NCBI GenBank assembly: GCA_035550945.1
Contig: DASZOE010000514.1
Span: 1-32,547, forward strand
DNA length: 32,547 nt
From: Acidimicrobiales bacterium
GTDB taxonomy: Bacteria > Actinomycetota > Acidimicrobiia > Acidimicrobiales > AC-14
Direction: 5' to 3'
Of this stretch, positions 25,285 through 32,408 are shown piece by piece. Below the pieces are notes generated by a model. The model searched no databases and had not been told where the DNA came from. It saw only the letters and a list, made by a program, of their open reading frames with translations. Within the stretch, counting starts at the first letter, position 1. Every line of letters begins with the position of its first letter. The position numbers and the translations under genes were made by a program.

Positions 25285-26137
25285 ACAGGGCGTCGGCGTC
25301 CCCGGCGAGCGCTTCCACGATGGCCAGGTTGTACTCGTAGCCGATGTACTCCTGCCGCATGTCGACGACAGGATCGTGGACGTTGCGCTCCTGGACCACC
25401 GAGGGCTTCCCGTACACGACGCTGGCCCCCTTGGCCTGGACGTAGTAACCGGCCCAGATGTCGTCCATGCGGCCGACGTGGGGGAAGAGGAAGTAGTCGC
25501 GGAGCCAGCGTCCGGCCAGGAAGGTGTTCTGCGAGTTGAAGGGGCTGACGACGTCGGCGGCGATCGGGAACATTGCCGCGTCGAACCGGCACCGAGGGTC
25601 GTACTGCATGCGACAGATGGCGTCGACGTCGGGGTCCCCGTCCCAGAAGTCCGCCTGGATGTCGGCGCGCACCACGTCCCGGACGGAGGTGGAGTAGTCC
25701 CGCTTGGACAGGAGCTGCAGTGGGTAGCCCCGGTGCCACAGGTGGGGGTAGTTGGTGGCGCCCACCGGGTCGAAGGCCGGTAGGCCGGTCGTGAAGACGT
25801 TGGCCTCGACCTCCCGGTCGAGGAGCAGGTCCGTCCCCCATCCGGCGCAGGGGACGTTGTCGTCGTCGACCACCGCCACCACTTCGGCGCCCATCTCGTG
25901 GGCGACGAGGAACCCGTAGTTCCGCCGCTGGATGCAGTTCCAGCCGATGAGCCCCGAGAGCCGCTTGTCGATGCTCTCCTGCTCCTCGGGGCCGACGTAC
26001 CGCCCCGCCTCCAAGCGGTAGTCCTCGGGCGTCTTCAGGTCACCCACCACCACGAGCTGCCATCCGGGCATCGAGTCGAAGAGGCGGACCGCCTTCGTCG
26101 GGGGATTGATCGTCGTCGTCACGATGACCCGGGTCAC
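25226..26137 (-). CDS. DUF288/STELLO-like putative glycosyltransferase (GT75-related)
   Basis: Only the last 303 codons of track ORF 25226..27556 look coding. GTG at 26137 overlaps the upstream GT2 stop (GTGA). The sequence VIVTTTINPPTKAVRLFDSMPGWQLVVVGDLKTPEDY...RRNYGFLVAHEMGAEVVAVVDDDNVP follows the DUF288 pattern (TTI.PT.AV..L....W.LVVVGD.KTP....RKN.GYL.AI.HGA..I...DDDN) as I remember it. Confidence 0.55.
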   Translation of the reverse strand: MTRVIVTTTINPPTKAVRLFDSMPGWQLVVVGDLKTPEDYRLEAGRYVGPEEQESIDKRLSGLIGWNCIQRRNYGFLVAHEMGAEVVAVVDDDNVPCAGWGTDLLLDREVEANVFTTGLPAFDPVGATNYPHLWHRGYPLQLLSKRDYSTSVRDVVRADIQADFWDGDPDVDAICRMQYDPRCRFDAAMFPIAADVVSPFNSQNTFLAGRWLRDYFLFPHVGRMDDIWAGYYVQAKGASVVYGKPSVVQERNVHDPVVDMRQEYIGYEYNLAIVEALAGDADALFSFLPRQTREAFDRYRSHF

Positions 26138-26907
26138 CGCACGCTCCCGTCGACGCCCGGCCTCAGCATGGCGGACGGAGGCTTGAGGCGATTCGTGACC
26201 AGCGTGCCGATGTACCTGGCCTGGGTGGCAACGGAGTTCTGGGACTCTCCGTCCCGCCTCGGGTTCCAGAAGGTCGGTATCTCGATGACCTCGACGCCCA
26301 GGCGCAGGGGCTTCAGCACCGTCTCGAGCAGGAACTCGTGACGGAGGCCCTCCCAACGGATCGCCTTCACCAGCGGGGTGGGGAAGAGGCGGTAGCCGAA
26401 GGTGGCGTCGGTGAGCCGGGTGCGGTAGACGACCGACGTCATGCGTTGGAACACCCAGTTCAAGCCGACCCGGACCGGGCCGTAGCCGGAGAACCCCCCG
26501 CCCGTCGCCCACCGCGACGCGGTCACGACGGCTCGGGGGTTCGCCCTGGCCACCTCGACGAACTGGGGCACGATCGCGGGATCGGTCTCGAGGTCGCTGG
26601 CCATCATCAGCACGTGGCTGGCGGTCGCCAGATCGAACGTCTCCCGGATCGCACCGCCGAGGTACGGCAGCCGCTGGTGGTGGATCCGGAGGCGGTCGCC
26701 GAACTGCTCGTGCAGACCCTCGCACCTCCTGAGGCTCTCCCTGGTCGTCCGATCGCAGACGACCACGAGGACCTCGGCGATGTCCTTGTCGCTCGTCTCC
26801 CCGAGGATCTTCGCGGTCTCGTCCAGCGAGTCCGTCTCGGTCACGACCGGAAGGACGACGCTCGTTCCTGAGAACGTGTGGTCGGCCGGAACAGGTGCGT
26901 CCAACAC
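26134..26907 (-). CDS. Family-2 glycosyltransferase, DPM1/polyprenyl-phosphate glycosyltransferase-like
   Basis: 257 aa from GTG 26907 (AGAGG 5 nt upstream). SVVLPVVTE.., MMASDLETDP (DxD-type) and ATFGYRLF..EFLLETV are typical of dolichyl/polyprenyl-phosphate hexose synthases. Confidence 0.8.
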   Translation of the reverse strand: MLDAPVPADHTFSGTSVVLPVVTETDSLDETAKILGETSDKDIAEVLVVVCDRTTRESLRRCEGLHEQFGDRLRIHHQRLPYLGGAIRETFDLATASHVLMMASDLETDPAIVPQFVEVARANPRAVVTASRWATGGGFSGYGPVRVGLNWVFQRMTSVVYRTRLTDATFGYRLFPTPLVKAIRWEGLRHEFLLETVLKPLRLGVEVIEIPTFWNPRRDGESQNSVATQARYIGTLVTNRLKPPSAMLRPGVDGSVR

Positions 26908-27145
26908 TCTGACCTCTTCTCCCGCGAAGACTGGCCGACCGCCTGTGGCCGGGGGCCAGCCCGGACGTTAGTCGCGAGCGGGGGGTATCCCGTCTCCCTG
27001 GCCCGTCCGACGGCGGAACGGGAAGAACCCGGATCGGCCCTTGGGCAGGTGACCGCGCCGGTAACGGCCGTACGGCCCGGTGAAGGGTCGGGAAAGCTCC
27101 CGAAAATGCGCGTTGGCCCCAACCGCGGCCAGTAGGGTGGAGCTT

Positions 27146-27553
27146 GTGAAAACTTTCACGAGCGGAAACGAAGACCAGCCGCCAGCCCGAACGGGCACCG
27201 GCCCGGACGTCGACGTGCTGATCCGGGCCCTGGATGCCAGCGGCCGCTACCGGCGCGACTCGCGGCTGGGTCGGATCTACCACCGGGGGGCGACGTCCTA
27301 CCGGGAGCTCCGGCCCACCGACAGCTTCCACGTCGTCATCGACCGTGGCCGGGTGTCGGTGCACGTCGATCGCATCTCGCCCATCAAGTCGCGGTCCGAC
27401 GGCTCGGCGCGTCTCTCGCTCACGCGCGTCGTCGCCCACAACCTGGCCGGGGCCCACGGCGAGCTCGCCCGGCGCGTGCGCCGCCGCGTCGGCGCCGACC
27501 GCGGCGCCGTCGGCGCCCCGGTGGTCCTCACCGTTCGCCTGGGCGACTCGTGA
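27146..27553 (+). CDS. Hypothetical small protein (135 aa), translationally coupled to the downstream acyltransferase
   Basis: GTG at 27146 with GGTGGAG 4 nt upstream. Arg-rich soluble protein (..SFHVVIDRGRVSVHVDRISPIKSR..). I recognise no family. The stop overlaps the next gene's GTG (GTGA at 27550-27553). Confidence 0.5.
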   Translation: MKTFTSGNEDQPPARTGTGPDVDVLIRALDASGRYRRDSRLGRIYHRGATSYRELRPTDSFHVVIDRGRVSVHVDRISPIKSRSDGSARLSLTRVVAHNLAGAHGELARRVRRRVGADRGAVGAPVVLTVRLGDS

Positions 27554-28890
27554 CACGCTCGGGCACCGTCACCTTCAGCGTCATCGACGAGGCCGTCCAC
27601 CTGCTCGACACGGAGGCGGCGCCCTGGAGCATCCAGCTCGAGGTCCGGGTGGCCGGGCGCCTCGACGAGGCGCGCCTGCGGGACGCCTTCGGCCGGGCGC
27701 TCGCCCTCCACCCCATGGCCAGGGTCCGAAAGGTGGCGTCACGGCGCACTGAGCACACGGACCGCTGGGAGATCACGCCCGAGGCCGGCGTCGACCCCCT
27801 CCGGGTCGTCGACTGCCCCGACGACGGCGGCGTCGCCCGTGTCCGGGAGGAGCTGCAGGGCCTCGCCGTCCCCCTCGCCGAGTCGCCCCCGCTGCGGGCC
27901 CGCCTGGTCCACGACCCCGGCGGCGACCTGCTCATGCTCAACGCCAACCACGCCGCCATGGACGGCTTCGGGGCACTGCGGGTCCTGCGGTCGGTGGCCC
28001 ACGCCTACGCCGAGGAGCCCGAAGCCGGCGCTGGGCCCGACCCGATCGAGGCCCGGGCCCGGCTCGGCGAGCTCGGCGGCGTCGGGGGCCGCATCCGGGG
28101 CCGGCGGCACCTGGCGCTGGCGGGCAAGCTCACAGACGTCGTGGCGCGCCCGGCCCGGGTTGCAGCCCAAGGCGCCAGCGACCACGCCGGCTACGGATTC
28201 CATCACCTGGTCCTCCCCGCCTCCCTGACGCGGGCGCTCGTCGAGCTGCGGCATCCCGGGACGGTCAACGACGTCCTGCTCGCCGCCCTGCACCTGGCCA
28301 TCGCCGCCTGGAACGCGCGGCGCGGCGAGCGCTGTGGGCGCATCGGGGTACTCGTGCCCGCCAACCTGCGCCCGCCGGCCTGGCGCCGCGAGGTCGTGGG
28401 GAACTTCTCCCTGCCGGCCCGGGTGTCCACCAACCGCCGGCACCGCCGGCAGCCGGAGTCGGCCCTGCTGGCGCTCACCGCCCAGACCCAGCGCAAGAAG
28501 GAGGTGGGGATGGGCACCGCCCTCCTCGAGGTGCTCGGGCGCGCCGACCGCCTACCGCTGTGGGCCAAGCAGGCCATGATCATGTCCCTGCCCCTCGGGG
28601 GCAACCGCCTGGTCGACACGGCCATGCTCTCGAACCTTGGCCCACTGCAGGACCCACCGTCGTTCGGCACAGGGGCAGGGCCGACGGTCGAGGCTTGGTT
28701 CTCGCCTCCGGCCCGCATGCCCCTCGGGCTCACCGTGGGGGCCGTGACTCTCGACAGCCGGCTCCACGTGGTCCTGCGCTACCGCCACCGCCTGCTCGAC
28801 GCCCGAGCCGCCGGTGTCTTCGCCGACGAACTCGTGGCCGAGGTGGTCGGCCTCGTCGAGCGCACGGCGTCGAAGTCGCGGGCGTCCTGA
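27550..28890 (+). CDS. Condensation-domain / PapA- or WS-DGAT-like acyltransferase
   Basis: 446 aa. The active-site block LMLNANHAAMDGFGAL is the HHxxxDG motif with the first His replaced by Asn. Size and the downstream ..NLGPL.. region fit stand-alone C-domain acyltransferases. Confidence 0.65.
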   Translation: MTRSGTVTFSVIDEAVHLLDTEAAPWSIQLEVRVAGRLDEARLRDAFGRALALHPMARVRKVASRRTEHTDRWEITPEAGVDPLRVVDCPDDGGVARVREELQGLAVPLAESPPLRARLVHDPGGDLLMLNANHAAMDGFGALRVLRSVAHAYAEEPEAGAGPDPIEARARLGELGGVGGRIRGRRHLALAGKLTDVVARPARVAAQGASDHAGYGFHHLVLPASLTRALVELRHPGTVNDVLLAALHLAIAAWNARRGERCGRIGVLVPANLRPPAWRREVVGNFSLPARVSTNRRHRRQPESALLALTAQTQRKKEVGMGTALLEVLGRADRLPLWAKQAMIMSLPLGGNRLVDTAMLSNLGPLQDPPSFGTGAGPTVEAWFSPPARMPLGLTVGAVTLDSRLHVVLRYRHRLLDARAAGVFADELVAEVVGLVERTASKSRAS

Positions 28891-28935
28891 CCTCGAACCG
28901 CTGGCGCCGTGGCGGGCAGTCACCCCCAGGCCCGG

Positions 28936-29589
28936 TCAGCCCGCGGCCTCCATGATGAGATCGTGCTCGCCGGCCAGCTCGACGCGGACGAGGGCGGCCA
29001 CCAGCGGCACGAAGTCCTTCTTGCTCACGTGGCGGGTGAGGTCCTTCGGGGACCCGCCCAGGCCGAGCCTCTCGGCGCTGCCCAGGGCCCGGCGGTCGGC
29101 GAAGGGGTACAGCTCGTCCCACCCGGCCTGGACCTCTCGGAAGAAGATGTCCACCCCGACGTCGCCGAGGCCCTTGAACTTCTTCAACAGCCTTCGCTCG
29201 GCGGCGGGATCACGGTCGGCCTGCTCCCGTAGCCTCCGCAGGTCGCCGTTCCAGCGGTCGACGAGGAGGCGGGCGCTGTCCTCGAGCATGGTGGCGGTCC
29301 GCTCCTGGTACCGGGCATAGCCCGCCTCGTTCAGCACGTCCACGCGTTGCTTCCACGTCGAGTCGACCATCGCCTGGGCGGTCGTCCACTTGCGCTCGGC
29401 CAGTCCCTTGGCCGCGGCCATGGCGATGTCGCTGTCGATGCGGGCGCTCTGGAGCAGCGAAAGGCACAACAGGCGGAAGAGGTGGGAGGGCGTGTTCTTC
29501 TCGACCTTGATCCCCGCCTCGGCGGCGAACGTCCTGCCCTTCTCGTCGAGCAGGGCGGCGACGATGGCCTTCTTGGACGGCCTTGCCAA
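28936..29589 (-). CDS. HhH-GPD superfamily (endonuclease III-like) protein
   Basis: LLCLSLLQSARI..., RYQERTATML and the helix-hairpin-helix block LLKKFKGLGDVGVDIFFREVQ. I prefer TTG at 29589 (GGAGG 6 nt upstream). ATG at 29682 is the alternative, but it covers lower-GC, intergenic-looking sequence. Confidence 0.55.
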   Translation of the reverse strand: MARPSKKAIVAALLDEKGRTFAAEAGIKVEKNTPSHLFRLLCLSLLQSARIDSDIAMAAAKGLAERKWTTAQAMVDSTWKQRVDVLNEAGYARYQERTATMLEDSARLLVDRWNGDLRRLREQADRDPAAERRLLKKFKGLGDVGVDIFFREVQAGWDELYPFADRRALGSAERLGLGGSPKDLTRHVSKKDFVPLVAALVRVELAGEHDLIMEAAG

Positions 29590-29702
29590 CAGCAACCTCC
29601 GAGGGCGCTGACGCCAACGTAATCCGAAGCGAGATTCGCGTACGAAGACGGTGCTGAGAACCCTCTTCAAGGGTAGAGACATCAGCGGGAAAGGATCCGG
29701 CC

Positions 29703-29915
29703 ATGACTGCGGAGCAGAAGCGAGGGCTGCGGGGGCTGGAGGGCCACAAGGTCCATCTCGCCCTGACGAACGGGTCACGGATCGACGATGTCGATCTCGT
29801 CTCGGCTCGGGGCGCCACTCTGTGGTTGTTCGACAACGGCGAGGACGCCTTCGTTCGGACCGACGACGTCATCGAGGTCTGGGAGACGCCCCTCGTGCGA
29901 CCGGCCGCCGCCTGA
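29703..29915 (+). CDS. Small hypothetical protein (70 aa), beta-rich, possibly Sm-like fold
   Basis: ATG at 29703, good GC3, divergent from the HhH gene. LEGHKVHLALTNGSRIDDVDLVS...DDVIEVWE. No family recognised. Confidence 0.45.
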   Translation: MTAEQKRGLRGLEGHKVHLALTNGSRIDDVDLVSARGATLWLFDNGEDAFVRTDDVIEVWETPLVRPAAA

Positions 29916-29982
29916 GCACAACCGTTCGGCCCCCGCCCGGGCGGCTGCGCCCGGCTCCGCAGGTCGCGGGCGGCCAAACGTT

Positions 29983-30001
29983 TTTCTACTCTGTGTAGAA
30001 A
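29983..30001. promoter_or_regulatory. AT-rich perfect palindrome TTTCTAC-TCTGT-GTAGAAA upstream of pncB; candidate repressor operator (e.g. an NAD-regulon regulator)
   Basis: Read directly. 7-bp arms, 5-bp spacer, 24 nt upstream of the pncB ATG, in the most AT-rich patch of the window. Confidence 0.4.
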
Positions 30002-30024
30002 TATTGAGAGCGAGACATGCAGCC

Positions 30025-31386
30025 ATGACCCATGACGTGGCTCACGCCCTTCTCGTCGACCTCTACGAGCTCACCATGGTCGACGCCTACCGCCGGGAGG
30101 GCATGGCCGCCCGCCCGGCGACTTTCAGCCTCTTCGTACGGGCCCTGCCGCCCGGCCGGGGGTACCTCGTCGCCGCCGGGCTCGACGACGCCCTGCGCTG
30201 GCTCGGGGACCTCCACTTCGGCTCGGATGAGCTGGCCGCCCTCGAGCGGCTCGGGGTCTTCGACGCCTCCTTCCTGGACTGGCTCGGCGGTCTGCGCTTC
30301 AGGGGAGCGGTGCGAGCGGTGCCCGAAGGCACGGTGGTCTTCCCCCACGAGCCGCTGCTGGAGGTGGACGCCCCCATCGCCGAGGCCCAGCTGGCGGAGA
30401 CGTTCCTGCTCAACCAGGTCACTCTGCAGACGACGCTGGCCACCAAGGCGGCCCGCTGTCGGCATGCGTCGGCCGGCCGGGCGGTCGTGGACTTCGCCCT
30501 ACGCCGGACCCACGGGATCGACGCGGGCATGAAGCTGGCCAGGGTCTGCGGCCTCGTCGGGCTGGCGGGCACGAGCAACGTCGCCGGGGCCGACCGCTAC
30601 GGCCTGCCCGCCAGCGGCACCATGGCCCACTCCTTCGTGCAGGCCCACCACGACGAGGCCGACGCCTTCCGGGCGTTCGCCCGGGCGCTCGGCCCCGCCA
30701 CCGTCCTCCTCGTCGACACCTACGACACCCACCGCGGCATCGAGCACGCCGTCGAGGTCGCGGCCGAGTGCCGTCGCCGGGGCGTCGAGATCCGGGGCAT
30801 CCGCCTGGACTCCGGCGACCTGGCGGCGCTGGCCCGACACGCCCGGGGCCGCCTCGACGACGCCGGGTTCGGCGACGCGAAGGTGCTGGCCAGTGGGGGC
30901 CTCGACGAGCACGAGATCCACCGGCTCCTGGACAAGGAGGAGGCGCCGATCGACGGGTTCGGCGTGGGCTCGTCCCTCGCCGTGTCGGACGACGCTCCCG
31001 TCCTCGACAGCGTCTACAAGCTCGTCGCCTACGACGGCCGCCCGGTGCGCAAGACGTCGACGGGCAAGGAGATCTGGCCCGGCGCCAAGCAGGTGTGGCG
31101 CGCCCCCGACTGGTCGCACGACACCTTGACCCTCGCCGACGAGCCGGCGCCCGAAGCCGACGCCCGGTCCCTCCTTGTGGAGGTCATGCACGACGGCCAG
31201 CGGACGGAAGCGGGCGAGCGGACCCTTGCCGCGGCCAACCGGCGGTTCGAGCACGAGTGGGCCGGTGTGCCCACCCCGCTCCAGGACCTCGACGCCCCGC
31301 CGGAGCACCCCTTGGCGGTGTCCGATCGCCTTCGCCAGCTGGCCGCCGACCTCGATCGAGAACGGGAGTCGTCGGGCGACGCCTGA
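30025..31386 (+). CDS. pncB: Nicotinate phosphoribosyltransferase
   Basis: In-frame ATG at 30025 gives MTHDVAHALLVDLYELTMVDAY.. (the DLYELTM signature). It also has GTSNV, SGTMAHSFV, LVDTYD, IRLDSGD and GVGS. The 29788 start in the track is a read-through extension. Confidence 0.9.
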   Translation: MTHDVAHALLVDLYELTMVDAYRREGMAARPATFSLFVRALPPGRGYLVAAGLDDALRWLGDLHFGSDELAALERLGVFDASFLDWLGGLRFRGAVRAVPEGTVVFPHEPLLEVDAPIAEAQLAETFLLNQVTLQTTLATKAARCRHASAGRAVVDFALRRTHGIDAGMKLARVCGLVGLAGTSNVAGADRYGLPASGTMAHSFVQAHHDEADAFRAFARALGPATVLLVDTYDTHRGIEHAVEVAAECRRRGVEIRGIRLDSGDLAALARHARGRLDDAGFGDAKVLASGGLDEHEIHRLLDKEEAPIDGFGVGSSLAVSDDAPVLDSVYKLVAYDGRPVRKTSTGKEIWPGAKQVWRAPDWSHDTLTLADEPAPEADARSLLVEVMHDGQRTEAGERTLAAANRRFEHEWAGVPTPLQDLDAPPEHPLAVSDRLRQLAADLDRERESSGDA

Positions 31387-31399
31387 CCACCGGGGGGTC

Positions 31400-31648
31400 T
31401 CAATGCCTTCGAGCCAGGAACGCGTAGCCGAAGACGTCGTAGCTCCGGGCTTTGCCCTCGCCGCCGGCACCGCCGAAGGTGTCAACCGGCGGCCCGACCT
31501 GGACGTCGCCGAAGCCCGACTCCTCGAGCATCTTCTGCCAGCCCGCACGGGGCAGCCCTCCGGCGATTCAGCCGGTCCACAGATCGATGTCCCGCAGCGC
31601 CTCGACCGGCACCGGCCGGCCGTTGGCGATGTCCGCGAACTGCAGCGT
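31400..31648 (-). pseudogene. 3' remnant of an ArsM-like class I SAM-dependent methyltransferase with an in-frame TGA
   Basis: My translation of a single frame: TLQFADIANGRPVPVEALRDIDLWTG*IAGGLPRAGWQKMLEESGFGDVQVGPPVDTFGGAGGEGKARSYDVFGYAFLARRH*. The pattern ..LW.GC(I/V)AGA....y...L..aGF.d..v is the C-terminal part of ArsM-type methyltransferases. TGA (31568-31570) sits where the conserved Cys codon is expected. No SAM-binding N-terminal half is present. Confidence 0.4.
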
Positions 31649-31649
31649 A

Positions 31650-31718
31650 TTCTTCGGGCGCGAGCTGGTTGTCCAGGTACTCCCAGAGCTGCCGGACAGC
31701 TTCGGCGCAGCTGATCAT
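31650..31718 (-). pseudogene. 5' remnant (about 23 codons) of a zinc-binding (ZAS, RsrA-like) anti-sigma factor gene
   Basis: The ATG at 31718 overlaps the sigma gene stop (ATGA). MISCAEAVRQLWEYLDNQLAPEE matches ZAS N-termini (C.e....l..ylD.el). The expected HxxxCxxC is absent in every frame, and GC3 signal moves to the methyltransferase frame after about 31650. Confidence 0.45.
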
Positions 31719-32408
31719 CGGGTCATCTCTTCCGAGCGCAGCAGGTGGTGCGACTTGGCGTAGACCCACATCTCCTTCTCGAAGCGCTTGCGGCCGCGGT
31801 GGAGGCGGGCCAGGGCGGTGCCGAGGGGCACCTCCAGGAGCCGGGCGATCTCTTTGGTGGCGAGCCCTTCCATGTAGCGCAGGACGAGCGGCGCCCGGTA
31901 CAAGGGGGAGGCGCAGCAGAACCGCTCTCACGTCCTCCTTCCCGAAGCAGGCCAGGAAGTCGAGGTGCAACGAGTCCGAGTACGGGAAAGGGTCCTCCTC
32001 GGCGATGGCGCGGTAGAGCGAGAAGTCCTCGCTGGCCTCGTCGAGCGAGGTCTCGGCGACGGTGCGGCCCCGCTTGCGGAGCCGGTCGCGGAAGGCGTTC
32101 ACGAGGATGGCCCGCAGCCACCGCCCGCCGGCGGCGGGATCGTTGAGCGAGTCGTAGGCGCGGAACGCCCTAAGGAGGCAGTCCTGCACCAGGTCCTCGG
32201 GGTCGTCGTCGGTCAGGCGGCGGGCCAGCGAATAGAGGGCGCCGAGCTCCGAGCGGGCGAGCTCGGAGAAGGGCGGCCGCTCGGACCGGGCGCCGACGTC
32301 TGGGGTTGCCGGGCCTGTTCCGTCAGGCTCATGTCCCGACGCCCGGCGAGGCCTCGACGCACTCCATCGGCCCAACAGTCGTCCTCCGCCTGAGGCTTGT
32401 CCAGGCAT
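31715..32408 (-). pseudogene. ECF (group 4) sigma-70 factor interrupted by a 1-nt frameshift (or a sequencing error)
   Basis: Region 2 (PEDLVQDCLLRAFRAYDSL, RWLRAILVNAFRDRLRKR) is in the frame of ORF 31482..32507. Region 4 (LYRAPLVLRYMEGLATKEIARLLEVPLGTALARLHRGRKRF) is in the frame of ORF 31715..31903. The switch occurs at a G5 run (31904-31908 on +). The 5' end is uncertain: ATG 32408 is in frame, while an ATG at 32332 lies in another frame with better GC3. Confidence 0.6.

Noticed and set aside
25226-27556. 776-aa ORF suggesting one giant minus-strand protein spanning the DUF288-like gene, the GT2 gene and the intergenic region.
   Set aside because: Only the last 303 codons have protein-like composition and motifs. 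The upstream part is Arg/Pro/Gly-rich junk that overlaps the genuine GT2 gene (another frame) and the plus-strand 27146..27553 gene.
31568-31570. TGA at a conserved Cys codon of the ArsM-like fragment, read as a possible selenocysteine codon.
   Set aside because: The fragment lacks the whole SAM-binding half and has no start of its own, so it cannot be a functional enzyme. I see no obvious hairpin immediately 3' of the TGA that would serve as a bacterial SECIS. A nonsense mutation in a pseudogene is the simpler explanation.
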